A stretch of DNA of 64,000 nucleotides, from NCBI RefSeq assembly GCF_009914755.1, contig NC_060934.1; one strand, written 5' to 3'. This DNA comes from the human T2T-CHM13v2.0 reference genome, Homo sapiens. A program made the position numbers and the translations under genes. The notes under the pieces are model-generated. The model was not told the origin of the DNA. It was given only the letters and a program-made list of their open reading frames with translations, and did no database searches. Shown piece by piece: positions 1 through 12,287 of the stretch; position 1 is the first letter of the stretch, and every line of letters starts with the position of its first letter.

Positions 1-52
1 GTGCTGACTGCCACCCGACTAGGGTCAGACCTGGACGATGCGTCCTTCCTAG

Positions 53-217
53 GGCTCTCCAGACCTTCGGGGCCTGCAAGGGCAATGGCGAGTCCCTGTG
101 GCAGCGGCAGCGGCTGCAGAGCGAGTGCAAGATGGCCAAGATCATGCTGCTGGTCATCCTCCTCTTCGTGCTCTCCTGGGCTCCCTATTCCGCTGTGGCC
201 CTGGTGGCCTTTGCTGG
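53..217 (+). CDS. OPN4: Melanopsin coding exon (exon 6 of 10; ICL3-TM6)
   Basis: cctag|G acceptor and GG|gtaagc donor. Translates ALQTFGACKGNGESLWQRQRLQSECKMAKIMLLVILLFVLSWAPYSAVALVAFAG, which includes the opsin TM6 SWAPY motif. Confidence 0.97.
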
Positions 218-1002
218 GTAAGCAGTGGCTAAAGGGTTGGGGAAGAGGCTGAAGGTGTGGGGGCAGGAGCAAGAAGCCTGGCCAGCCTCTCCTTCCCAGC
301 CCAACCCCGGCCAGCCATCCTCGCACCCTAGGACCAGCTTCACAGCTTATTCTCTCCCTGGGTAAGGTGCCCAGCCCCGGGGTGGGTGGGGGGCCACCTA
401 GTTCCTGGAAGCACCAGGGCACATGCAGAGGAGCTCTGGGCCCCACAAAGCTTTGGGCGGACGGCCTGCCAGCCCCCTTTGGAACACACAGTTCCTCTTG
501 AGGTCTCCTCCCTCTCTGCATGGGCTGTGGTTACATGACCAGAGGTGCTGCCCATCTCCAGGAATGGGTCCCTGAGAGCTGCCCTTCTAGCCCTTTGTGG
601 CTAGAGTCTGGGGATTGTGACATCTGCAGCAGCACAGATGCATGCTCAACTTCAGAAGTGTTTTTGAGAAGTGAGGGCTATTAAACCCTGGAAGTGTTTA
701 GATAGGAGACCTTCTTGTGGAGGAATGGCCTGGTCCCCCCAGGGCCCTACTGTGGGGTTTCTCTACAATAGCCAGGGCAAGAGAGGGCATCACGGTTGGG
801 GTGGGGTGTGAGAAGAGCTAGGCAGAGGGTGCAAGGGCCAGAGTCAATGGGGGGAAGTGGGATATCGCCAGCAGCACAGGCTCCAAGGAACAGTGGACCT
901 GGGAACCTCCACCCCAAATTCGGCACATCTTCCTTCCAGAGCTGCACCCTCAACCACCCACTGCTCCCTCCTACTCACTCAGATCAGAATTCTCCTGGCA
1001 TA

Positions 1003-1286
1003 GGCCAGGCATGGTGGCTCACGCCTGTAATCCCAGCACTTTGGGAGGCCAAGGCAAGTGGATTACCTGAGGTCAGGAGTTCGAGATTAGCCTGGCCAAA
1101 ATGGTGAAACCCCGTCTCTACTAAAAATACAAAAATTAGCCAGGTGTGGTGACGGGCACCTGTAGTCCCAGCTACTCCGGAGGCTGAGGCAGAAGAATTG
1201 CTTGAATTCAGGAAGCAGAGGTTGCAGTGAGCTGAGATCACACCACTGCCACTCCAGCATGGGCGACAGAGCAAAAAAAAAAAAAA
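1003..1286 (+). mobile_element. Alu (AluS-like)
   Basis: Alu dimer with A tail; imperfect target-site duplication (TSD) aatt(c/a)tcctggca. Confidence 0.95.
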
Positions 1287-1439
1287 TTATCCTGGCACTG
1301 CCAATTCCTCCCTATGGGGCTGACTTAGCTGTGCTGGTTTGGGCTGGATTAGGATTTGGGCTTTGGCAGGGCCTGGCCCAGAAGAGAAGGTGTGTCAGGA
1401 GGGCCAGCTAGCTTGGGGACCACACCTTCTCTGTCCTAG

Positions 1440-1547
1440 GTACGCACACGTCCTGACACCCTACATGAGCTCGGTGCCAGCCGTCATCGCCAAGGCCTCT
1501 GCAATCCACAACCCCATCATTTACGCCATCACCCACCCCAAGTACAG
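1440..1547 (+). CDS. OPN4: Melanopsin exon 7 (TM7 with the retinal Schiff-base Lys, NPxxY and HPK motifs)
   Basis: cctag|G acceptor and AG|gtgtgg donor. Translates YAHVLTPYMSSVPAVIAKASAIHNPIIYAITHPKYR; the Lys340 codon is at 1492-1494. Confidence 0.98.
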
Positions 1548-2410
1548 GTGTGGCTCTTTTCCAGAACCCCACACCTTGGCCTCCAAGGGCCTGGCCTGCC
1601 GATGGGGGCAGAGGCCACCACCTTTCTGTCTCTCGTGTGTGTGTAGAATGGGGGCCACCAGCAGCTGGGAGCGGCCAATGACACTGAGTGGGGTCTGGAG
1701 TTGGTGTGCCTCCCTCCCCCGCCCCAGCTTCCCAGGGGTCACGGTGTGGAGGGAGGTCAGGGTTCCCTGGGCAGTGTCCAGTCCTAACTATGGGACCTTC
1801 AGACCTGGCGTGTAGGGCAGCCAGGACAGCCCTGTGAATTTAAGCACCCCCCCGCCCCGCCCTCCCCGACAGTGTCATCCTGAAGAAATCACAGCAGGGA
1901 GAGCTCAGCTCTGCTCCCAGGGCCTGGCAGGAGCCTGGGGTGGCTCTGGGCCAGTATGCATGCTGATAGCAACCCGGCAAGGCTGCTTCTCCCTTAGTGC
2001 TTCCTTTTGCCTGGTGATGTCAGTCACTCACCACCTTCCCAAGGCCAGTGGCAGGCCTGAGCCCGTCCAGCACAGAGGCTGCTCCAGAGTGTCCCTGGTC
2101 TCCATTACCAGAGATGTGGCTTGAGCCAGCCACTGAGGGCTGGAACCAACATCCCCAGGCTCTCCCTGCATGCCTACCACCCAGAATCTCTCTGTCCCTC
2201 CCACCAGCCTTGTGAGCCTCTCAATCTCCCCACCCAGCATCTGTCTTTCTGTCCTCATCACCTGCCATGGTTCCCAGGGTCTGAGCCTCCCCATTTCCCC
2301 AGAGGCTCTCGGTCACCGCACATTAGGCCTGTACCAGCCTGTGCACCCATCCCCTCCCCTGCATCTGTCTGCCCATCCCCTGGCCCTAATCAGATGTGCG
2401 GCCCCTGCAG

Positions 2411-2591
2411 GGTGGCCATTGCCCAGCACCTGCCCTGCCTGGGGGTGCTGCTGGGTGTATCACGCCGGCACAGTCGCCCCTACCCCAGCTACCGCTCCAC
2501 CCACCGCTCCACGCTGATCAGCCACACCTCCAACCTCAGCTGGATCTCCATAAGGAGGCGCCAGGAGTCCCTGGGCTCGGAGAGTGAGGTG
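2411..2591 (+). CDS. OPN4: Melanopsin exon 8 (helix 8 and Ser/Thr-rich phosphorylation cluster)
   Basis: ctgcag|G acceptor and GTG|gtaagg donor. Translates VAIAQHLPCLGVLLGVSRRHSRPYPSYRSTHRSTLISHTSNLSWISIRRRQESLGSESEV. Confidence 0.97.
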
Positions 2592-3174
2592 GTAAGGATG
2601 CTGGGCCCTCACCAGCTTGCGCCTGGCCATCCCTTCCTCAGGCAGCCCTGGGGCTCTGGGGAATACATAGGCCCTGGCAGGGCTGCCTCTGAGACTCAGG
2701 GACACTGAGGACGCTGGCACCCTGGCAGGAAGAGCCCCTCCCAACACCCCCATGAAGTTCGTAATCCTCCCTGATAGGCAGGGGCACTAGGGCCAGAGCG
2801 GGGATGGTTTGGGGGTTCCCAGGAGCGGGGCCAGGATTGAACACAGGTCTTCCAACTCCAGGCCATCCTTTTCCATGCTGACACTCTCCCTAGAGCCGCA
2901 GCCTGAAGAGATCAGCACATCTGGCTCTAGATAGGGCTCCAGAGAGACAAGGCAGGAGTTAGCTTGGAGCTCCTTGCTCCTCAGCATTAAGCCCCCTCCT
3001 CCTGGGAGACTTGAAGAGCTCACGGGATGGGCATGGGCCCTGGAGATGGGAGATGTGGCTTTGAGCCTCAGCTTACCATGTGCTCACTGTGGGAGCCTGG
3101 GCAGGTCACTTACTCCCTCTGAGGCTCCACGTCCTCCTCTGAAAGGGAAAAGAGGCTTCTCAGATCAACGCTGT

Positions 3175-3255
3175 CCAGGTGTGCCCAGGGATGGGTGTCA
3201 ACCTTCCTCGGGGCCAGGTGTGCCCAGGGATGGGTGTCAGCCCTCCTCAGGGCCT
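3175..3255. repeat. 39-bp tandem duplication (2 copies)
   Basis: ccaggtgtgcccagggatgggtgtca at 3175 and 3214. Confidence 0.9.
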
Positions 3256-3817
3256 GCAGCTCTGCTTCCCCTAGATGTCCCCAGGAAAGCTCCGTGCGCC
3301 ACCGGCTCCTGTTCCCACCACACTTGGGCTCCTCCTTAATTCTACCTACAGAGCCCTCTATGGGCCTCAGCAAGACTGCCGCCAACTGACCGGCCAGCGA
3401 TCTCCTCCCACTGCCCACATCCCTGGGGTTCTCGGTTGAGGGACTGAGAGAGGAGCTGTCAGAGGTCCCTCCTGTAAACCACTGTAGTGAATAACAAGGA
3501 GAAATCTAATCTGTTATTGGAGGCCTAGACCCTCGTGAAGACCACCCATCTATTCAAAAATATAAATAGCCACTTTCTTAGCAAGGTGTGCCGGTGTGCA
3601 GATGGGGAGCAAACCTGCACACACATACACACACCCTAGGACAGGCATGCACAATTTACGGGGTTTATTTGGTGACCGGCAACGGTGCAAATGGTGTCAG
3701 GGGCCTCCCGCAATGAATACCTGTTGGGAGGATGAAGGAGGGCCTGGTGGGGTAAGGGCAGGAGCAAAGCTACGGACTGTCCCTCTCACCTCACAGTCAC
3801 TCTCTCACCTCCCTCAG

Positions 3818-3961
3818 GGCTGGACACACATGGAGGCAGCAGCTGTGTGGGGAGCTGCCCAGCAAGCAAATGGGCGGTCCCTCTACGGTCAGGGTCTGGA
3901 GGACTTGGAAGCCAAGGCACCCCCCAGACCCCAGGGACACGAAGCAGAGACTCCAGGGAAG
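3818..3961 (+). CDS. OPN4: Melanopsin exon 9 (C-terminal tail, phase 0/0)
   Basis: ctcag|GGC acceptor and AAG|gtgact donor. 144 nt encoding GWTHMEAAAV...EAETPGK. Confidence 0.96.
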
Positions 3962-4323
3962 GTGACTGGGCCCGGTACCTGCCAATCCACAAAGGGGTGG
4001 GGGTTAGGGGCCAGTAGCCCAGGGAGAGGCCAGGAAAGAGAGACTTGTTCTCATGGGCAGGGGCGATATCCTCCAGGAATCACCTGCTCCCAGCACCTCC
4101 CAGCTTTTCCTTGTCTGCCTGGGGTTCTCTGTGACTCTGAGATGCTCTGAGCAGGGCCTGCATATGGTCTGCACATGTGTGTGTGTGTGTGTGATCATGC
4201 AACTCTGACTCTGCATGGTGCTGTTGGCTGTGCTGTGGCATGATAAGAGTACATGTGTGTGTTGATGAGGGTAGGAGGTCTGCAGCCGTCAGAGCATAGC
4301 TCGAGCATGTGTGTGGCCATGTG

Positions 4324-4385
4324 CCCAGCACATGCTCCATCACTGTAGCACCTGGCACATGCTCTGTCACTGTAACACCCAGTGA
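4324..4385. repeat. Degenerate 27-bp tandem repeat
   Basis: cccagcacatgctccatcactgtagca / cctggcacatgctctgtcactgtaaca. Confidence 0.75.
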
Positions 4386-5871
4386 CACGTGACTAAGCAT
4401 GCCCTAATGTGTCTGCTTTAAGCTGTGCATGTGACTGAGTGTGGGTGGTATGTACCTCTCTGTGTGACTGCGAGGTTGGACATACCTGGGGAGGAAGGGG
4501 CTGTAAGCTGTGGATGTGCTCACCATAAATGCCCTAAGATCAGGATGTCACCCGGAATACTTGTGGCTATTAAAAGAAGGCCAGCTGTCGGCCCAAGTGC
4601 CTATGGAACGGAATGTTGATGGCGATTAGAGAAGGCCATATTCTGGAACACTGGAAATGTCGTGTGCACAGGCTCCCAAGCAGCCCTTCGCCCCAGCTGA
4701 CAGCTCCCCATCTGCCCCTCCTGTCACACCCACACAACACCCTCAGCTCAGCTCCTGGGCTCTCTCCAGCTTCCCTAGCTAGTCCAAGGCCAAAGGCACA
4801 TTCCTGCCTGCCTTTCTTCCTGAGTGCTGTGCCCCTGTGCATCCAAGAACGAAAGCCCTGGGCTGTACCTGCAGTCGGGGAGCCTCAGCCTCCCTCAGCA
4901 TTCCCCCCGGGGGCCCCGCACCCTGTCCTGGAGCCCAGGCACTGTGCATGCCATAAACGCCAGGACAAAGGCCTGGCAGTGACCCCCAGGCTGGCCAGGC
5001 ACTGATGAAAGACACAGTGCCTGTCTTGGAGGGATAGGCTCAGGGGGGTTGCTGGGCAGCCATCAACAATCACCAAACACATGTGATAAGCGCTGCCATT
5101 GAGGTGTGAGCACGCAGGGTACTGAAAGCAGAGGCAAGTCCCTGAGGTTCCCCAGGAAGATAGAGGTGAAGCAGGGATCTGCAGGCAGCAGGGGTGGGGA
5201 GTGGGGGGAGCACTGAGCTGTCCAGGATGAGGATACAGCCTGTGTGACTGTGCAAACACAGGGGCACAGGGGAGGGAGCTCAATATGTCCTGGAACAGGA
5301 TGTCTCTCTGTGACCCTGGGAGCAGCCAGAGGGACCCTGGGGATTGGCAGTGGGGGACATAGGAGAAGGGAAGAGGAGGCGGAGGTGGTAGGAGCAGTGG
5401 GAAGGCCCCATCAGGGACTGGCTTAGGTGTCTCCAGACCTGACCTGGGGACAGGAAGCCCTGGGAGGGGGTTGGTTAGCTTTGCAGGGTGAAGACCAAAG
5501 AAGGAAGTGCTGCAGGGCAGGAAAGGGATGACCCATTTAAGGACAGCAGGAGCGGGGGTGATGCCAGAGTCTCCACATGTGGAAGAGAGGAGCGGATTGG
5601 ATGGTGGGGGTGAGGATGGGTTCAGTTGTGACCCCGGGAGTCAAGAGCCCGGGGAGCATCCCAGGAGATGCTCTGTAGGCAGCGTTAGGCGTTACCAGCT
5701 CTTACTCTGGGATGTGGACTCTGGGAAGGCCCATCCCTGACCCAGGACACAACCTGGCCCTTCCATGCAACCTCCCCCACTGCTCGGTGACCCAGTGTGT
5801 GGAGGGTCATCGGGAGACTGCCCCCAGTGAACTGCTCCTCAGCTAAACAGATGTGTGCTGTTTGTTTGCAG

Positions 5872-5910
5872 ACCAAGGGGCTGATCCCCAGCCAGGACCC
5901 CAGGATGTAG
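5872..5910 (+). CDS. OPN4: Melanopsin last exon, coding part (TKGLIPSQDPRM*)
   Basis: tttgtttgcag|ACC acceptor; TAG at 5908-5910; matches the human melanopsin C-terminus. Confidence 0.96.
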   Translation, partial: TKGLIPSQDPRM

Positions 5911-6615
5911 GACGCCCACTGGCTCTCCCTTTCTTCTGAGACACATCCAGCCCCCCCACGTCTCCCTCATATACACAGACCCAGGATTATGCTGTGAGCC
6001 TGCAGGCTTTGGAAGTGGCCCTGTCACCCGTGCTGCACGGGATTCACAGCCCCAGCCCCATGGCCCCTCTCCACACCTCAAAACTCCTGCCCCATAACGT
6101 CCTCCGCATCCACTTTCCAGCTCAGCAGCCGCACCCGAGGCTCAGCCTGAGGGGTGTGTGCCCAGGCCCTCCCACTTCCCGAGTTGTCTGCCTCTCCTCA
6201 AATGCTGTGTGCTGCAATTGTCCAGGCGATGACAATGGTGATGGCTCCAGAGAACACACCAGCTATTTATGAGCCTCTGCCCCCAGGCTGGGCCTGTCAC
6301 TGGCATAGGAAGGCCAGCCCCGCATCTCCCACTGCCAACAGCTGAAGCCGAGCACAGACCTCCCTTTGCACGCTGGAACAGTTACTCACCTGTGGCTTCT
6401 TCCCCCAGTGTACCGTTCCACTGTGGCCCACATTCTTGTGCACGCGGGCATTTGCAGGCACGCTCTCGCGTAGTTACCTATCTGAATGCACACCAAGCAC
6501 ATGCGTGCACACTCTGCGTCTGTGATTCATTTCATGTAGTGGTCTAAGCTCCTCCCAGGGCTGTGTGGATCTGACAGGGTATAGGAAAATAAAAAGCGGA
6601 GAAGGTGTCTTCAGA
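5911..6615 (+). other. OPN4: OPN4 3' UTR (end approximate)
   Basis: Runs from the stop codon to about 20 nt past the AATAAA at 6588. Confidence 0.75.
6588..6593 (+). terminator. OPN4: OPN4 polyadenylation signal AATAAA
   Basis: First canonical hexamer after the stop codon; a GT-rich tract (gtgttggtgctgct) follows at about 6632. Confidence 0.8.
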
Positions 6616-6952
6616 CAAATATGGTCTCTACGTGTTGGTGCTGCTATGGGAGAGAGAACCAGGGCCTGGCCTCTGATGCCTCCAGCAACTTCACTTCCTC
6701 TCCTTCCTCTGTCCCCACTCTTGGGACTCTCACTCTGAGGCCCACCTCAAATTGCAAGGAGTACAGCAGAGAAGGGACAAAGGCCAGGCTGGCCTCCATC
6801 CCCACTCACTCCCCAGTGAGCCATTGAACTCCGCCCAGACCATGGGTACCAGCTGCTCTCTGACTGGCTTCACATCTCCCGAGGGAGGCGGATGGAGGGA
6901 GGCCGGCCTTCGCCTTTAAGAGCACTCTCCTGCCACCCCTCCCTTTCCCCAG

Positions 6953-7007
6953 AGGCGAGCTTCATCAGGCAGGAGCCAGAGGCCAGAGAGACAGCGTGCA
7001 GCTCCAG
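6953..7007 (+). other. 55-nt exon between OPN4 and LDB3 (candidate alternative LDB3 5' exon and/or OPN4-LDB3 bridging exon)
   Basis: 28-nt pyrimidine-rich tract plus cag acceptor (AG at 6951-6952) and CAG|gtacag donor. Its length puts OPN4 exon 9 in frame with the LDB3 ATG. Confidence 0.65.
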
Positions 7008-8529
7008 GTACAGCCTCCCCCAGCTCCCTGGCCCTGAGGGTGGGTGCCTTCCTTCTCCCACACTGGTTATGCCCTGCTGCTGAGTCCTCCCCAGCCTGGC
7101 AGGATGGACAAACACCCCTAGGAAAGGGCATAAGGCTGGAGTTAGGGATGAATGACATGGGGCTTTGCAGAGAGGGATAGGGAATGGTATGGGGAAGGGA
7201 TGCTGGCCATGGACTGCTGGCCTCCTGGGCTGGGCTGCATGATATAGGGTGAAGGAAGTGATTAAGCAGGGAAAAGGACACAGGTCTTTTCCTGACTTCT
7301 TCCACTTGATAGTTTTGTGACTTTGGGCAAGTGACAAAACAACCCCGTAATATGGGTGATCCTACCTTGTACCTTGCATGTGCCAGGCCCCAGGAGTGAG
7401 GCTAGAAGCTGAGAAATGACTCACACCCAGGCCTCTACTGACTCCTCAGGGTCCAAGCCAGACCCCTCCAAGAGGGCCAGCAAGCAGCCAACCCAGTTGC
7501 CTCCCCTGAGCCTCAGTTTCTCCAACCAAGGAGCCAGGGTGGGCCTTGATCTATCTCCAGACCACATAGGGGCCTGAGGTCTTTCTTGGGGAAGGGGTTG
7601 GCCCAAAGACCGCACTGGCAGAAGTCCCAAGGTGCTGAGGCCCCCATCCAGAACACACTGTCTCTGGGGTACAGGCTGAACATGCCACACGTGCTTCCCC
7701 CTCCCTGCCCCTCCTGGCCCTGTGTCTAGCAGCTGAGCAAATGGCGTCTCCTCCCTTCTCCCTGCCCCCTGCCATTCCTGCGCAAAGGGCACGGGGCCTG
7801 GCGTGTGGCACTGGCAGCTGGAGCTTTCCATGCTGCCGTCAAGTTTTCCAGAGCACAAAGACAGGAGAGCCAGGAATAACTGGCTGGGCCCCCAGAGGGT
7901 CTGGAGGGGATGGGCCTGCCTCAGACCTGCTTTCAGACCCTATGCCAAGGGGTGCAGGCAGAGGGCCAGCTGCCCAGGACCAGGGCTTTGGGAGGCTTCT
8001 GTGGCTACTGGGAGCCCATTATCTGGCATGCATTCTGTAGGAATCAGCCCAGGCTCCAGTGTGACCTGGGTCCACTCCTTGTGTGACCTTGGAGAAGTCA
8101 TTTAACCTCCCTGAGCTTTGTCTCCTGCGGGCCCAGGTGGCAGCTTCTCAGGATCCCAGGGAGTGAAGGGCCCATACTGAGGTTGGCTATGCCCAGAGCT
8201 GCTGTTATGATGATCGTTTTTATGGCTGGACAACCCTGGGCCAGTCACAGACCAGCTGGAGGCTCAGCTCAAGCCAAGGCACCTCCAGGGCCCCATACTG
8301 GATAAAGCACAACCCCAGAATCCTGGCCAGGGACCACACAGCAGCAAAGCCCCTACCCAAGGGAGCTCAGCCCCTGGTCTTCTGAGCAAGAGGATGGGTA
8401 CCACTGGGCAGGAAGAGCGAGTGTCTACGCTCTCCAGAGGACACAGGAGCAAGGAGACCAGAGCATTCTCACCAACCTGGCCAGTTCCCCTTCCTCCCCC
8501 CTGGGGGGTGCTGGGTGCCGGACACCCCT

Positions 8530-9138
<609 letters not shown>

Positions 9139-9195
9139 TGAGACATCATGAGCAGGTGGTAGGTGTTTTTAGCAGAGAAGAAAATGCTGAGTTTT

Positions 9196-9223
9196 CAGGC
9201 AGGCAGGCAGGCAGGCAGGCAGG
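9196..9223. repeat. (CAGG)7 microsatellite
   Basis: Read directly from the sequence. Confidence 0.92.
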
Positions 9224-10689
9224 TAGCTGGACAGAGAGTACAGCACCTTCCTGATCCCTTTACTGTTAGAGTGGGCTCAGGGTGCCCCCAAGCCTTGAGC
9301 ATTTCCCTAGATATGGGCAGCTGCTTTGGGAAGGGAGTATTCCCAGCATGGAGAGGGCAGGTGATGGGCAGTTGGATAGATGGACAGACAGACGGTTGAC
9401 CTTGGCTGCCCAGCTGTCAGAGTGTGGGGCTGGGCTGCCCGCTCCATCCCAAACTTGAGACACCAAGACCCTGGCTCATGGGGCTGGGCGCTTCTCCCCA
9501 TTCACCATGGCTGCTTTGTCTGTCTCAGGTCTTGTTCCCCACAAGTGCTGGGGCCTGGTGAGATGGCCCCCTATCCTGCAGTGTCTGTGATGGGGAGCAG
9601 CATGGCCTGATGCAGATGACACAGAACATCAGGGGTTGTCTGAGTAACTCTACCGCCTGGCTGGAGACAGCAACACCAGAGAGGCAGAAAGTTAGCCATG
9701 CTCCTGAGGAAGCACTCCAGGAGCAGGGACTGATGGGGGAACAGCCCCCAGACCGTAGTAGGCACTCCGTCAGTTTCTGTCAAACAAAGAGACTCCCCAG
9801 CAAGGCACTGGTAGACCCAGGGCTGAAGGCCCCAAGGCTCAGGGCGAACTGTGAGGCATACAGGGCAAGGACAACCCTGCCTGGTGGCTGAGCCCCTGAC
9901 CGTGCTGTTCCGGGCACAAGGCCAGAGGGGGAGGCCCCCAGTCTGTCACTGGAGGGTGGTAGGTAGGCAGGGGTATCTGGGCTACTGCCCACCAGGGGAA
10001 CAAGGGGACAGTTTCTTCTCTGGGGCCTTAAGGACTTGCCTTGGGCCTGGGGGCTGGAGGAAGGGGTTGGAGGGGAAGCACTGAAGTGGGCAAGGCCTGA
10101 AGGGGCTTGGCAGAGGGGCCAGGGAACCTGGGCAGCGGGTCAGGAGCCAATGCCCCCAGTGGAGGAGTAATCTCTGTTTTTGTTCCACGGGTACTTGAGG
10201 GGACCCCAGAAGTAGAAGCCCCACCCAGGGATGCCGTGAGAGCCTTATAATAGCCATAGAGGCCACATGCTTACAGGAGGGGTGCTGGCCTGGCTCTGGT
10301 GCAGGGAACAGGCCCTGACCTCCATCCTTCAGTTGCAGATGTGGCTTGTTCTAACCTGGAGATTCCACCCCTCCAGATCTACTGCCCTGGAGACCACAGG
10401 GTCCTGGGCACCCACAGCCTTGCACACTTTGCATGAGGTGGTGACCTGTGAGCATGTGAGCCCCAGTGGATTTCCCACTGCCCTTTCCCACAGCTCCCCA
10501 CCCCCATGCTTGCAGGACTCCTTCCTGTATAAGGTGGAGCCTCTGCGTGCTCTCTCATGGGCCCTGTGGCCTCCCCTGCCTGGGACTGAGCCCACATCTC
10601 CCCCAGCTCCACCATCTCGAGGCCTCCTGCTGGTGCTCCCTGCCCTATCCCTATGGGTGCAAATTGGCCACTGGGCTCAGTGGCACTCA

Positions 10690-10870
10690 GGATAGCCAAT
10701 GACCTCACCCAGGGTCTATGTGCCACCTGGCCCCGGCCAGCCAGGGGCTTAAATAGCAGCCCAGAAGCCTTAAGCTAGATAGCAGGAGGAATGTCCTTAC
10801 TCTGGGGAGGGGGTATGCAGGGATGTGCTGGATCCAATGACTGGGGGGACTTCTAAAAATAGAACCCGAA
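10690..10870. promoter_or_regulatory. Candidate intronic muscle enhancer
   Basis: MEF2 CTAAAAATAG (10853-10862), MEF2-like GCTTAAATAGC (~10747), GATA AGATAG (10777), TEAD GGAATG (10788) and E-box CACCTG (10724). Confidence 0.55.
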
Positions 10871-11974
10871 GCTCGGGCAGGGCACCGGGGGATGGGCATG
10901 ATACGGCCTCTCGGCTTCCTTTAGGGGCATACCCCAAATCACCTAAGCCGCGGAGCAGGCTGGACTGGGTACTGGAGCCTTCCCCAGGGCTCGGAGCCTC
11001 TTGAGAAATTTTGGTGGTAGGCTGCTGATAGCCTGGGCTTGTGTCCTGGTTCAGTGCCGCTGGCAGGGCAGGCCTTGTGGACACAGCCCTGCCATCCCAC
11101 CAGGGCTGTAGGATTTACTGCCGGGGCTCGCAGGGCCCTTCTGCACCAGGGACATCCCCCTACGGGGGAGGCATGGCCAGAGCTCTCTGGAGGAACCCCA
11201 CTCCCACCCCAGCCAGGACCTGAGCCTGTGCCATAGGGCACCAGAGGCAAGAGTGTGTGACCCTGTGGGGTGGGCAGGCAGGCGAGGCTGGGATCGTTAC
11301 CTCGCTTCAGAGCCTGGCAAACTGAGGCTCGAGTCTGCTCACAGGACAGGGATGGCCATGGGTGGATCTCCTGTATCCTGTCACCCCTAACTCCCATGCT
11401 GGCTTGCTCACCCCTCTAACTGGGACTAATAGAGAGGCACTGGGGAGGGTCTGTCCCCTCTCAGCTGCAGGTGTGTGCTGCAGCTCCTCCTGGAAGGACA
11501 CAGGCCACCTGCAGGCTGGGTGGTGGCTCCCGGGGGCTCATGGCAGCAACTTTGGGGCAGCAGCAGCCCCTCAAGGCATCCCTTCATAGGGTCTCTGCTT
11601 GCAGACCCACAGAGAAGGGAGTTCAAGAGGGAGACTGGGAAAGGAGGGTGGCGGGGAAATGCCTTTATTTATCCTGGACAGGTGTGGCTGGGCCTGCAAC
11701 ATGAGCTGCCCTTTCACCCCACCCCAGCCAGTTCTCCAGGAAGTGGAGAAGGGGGAGCAGCCCAGAGAGGGAGCAGCTCCAAAGGCCTCTGCCCTGGCAG
11801 CTGGCCAGAGGCTGGGGCTGTGGTCTGGGGTCTCACCTCTTCATGCCTCTCATGCCTCCGCCTTGGGGAAGAGGAGTATGCTTTGTTAGGCTCTGCTGCT
11901 CTCAGCTGTGTCACCTCAGAAGTCTGTTTACCTGCTCGGCCTCAGTTTTTCTCACCCTTAAAATGGGGATAGCA

Positions 11975-12287
11975 GGCTGGGCGCGGTGCCTCATGCCTGT
12001 AATCCCAGCACTTTGGGAGGCCGAGGGGGCAGACCACTTGAGGTCAGGAGTTTGAGACCAGCCTGGCCAACATGGTGAAACCCTGTCTCCACTAAAAATA
12101 CAAAAATTAGCCAGGTGTGGTGGTGCATGCTTGTGATCCCAGCTACTCAAGAGGCTGAGGCAGGAGAACAGCTTGAACCCAGGAGGCAGAGGTTGCAGTG
12201 AGCTGAGATCGCACCACTGCACTCCATTCTGGGGGCAGAGTGAAACTCCATCTTAAAAATAAATAAATAAATAAATAAACAAATAAA
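11975..12287 (+). mobile_element. Alu (AluS-like) with (AAAT)n tail, inserted in a MIR
   Basis: Alu consensus; MIR core sequence (cctcagtttttctc...aaaatgggg) immediately upstream. Confidence 0.93.

Noticed and set aside
3175-3255. Direct repeats considered as a CRISPR-like or functional array
   Set aside because: Only two adjacent copies with no spacers in eukaryotic DNA; an ordinary tandem duplication.
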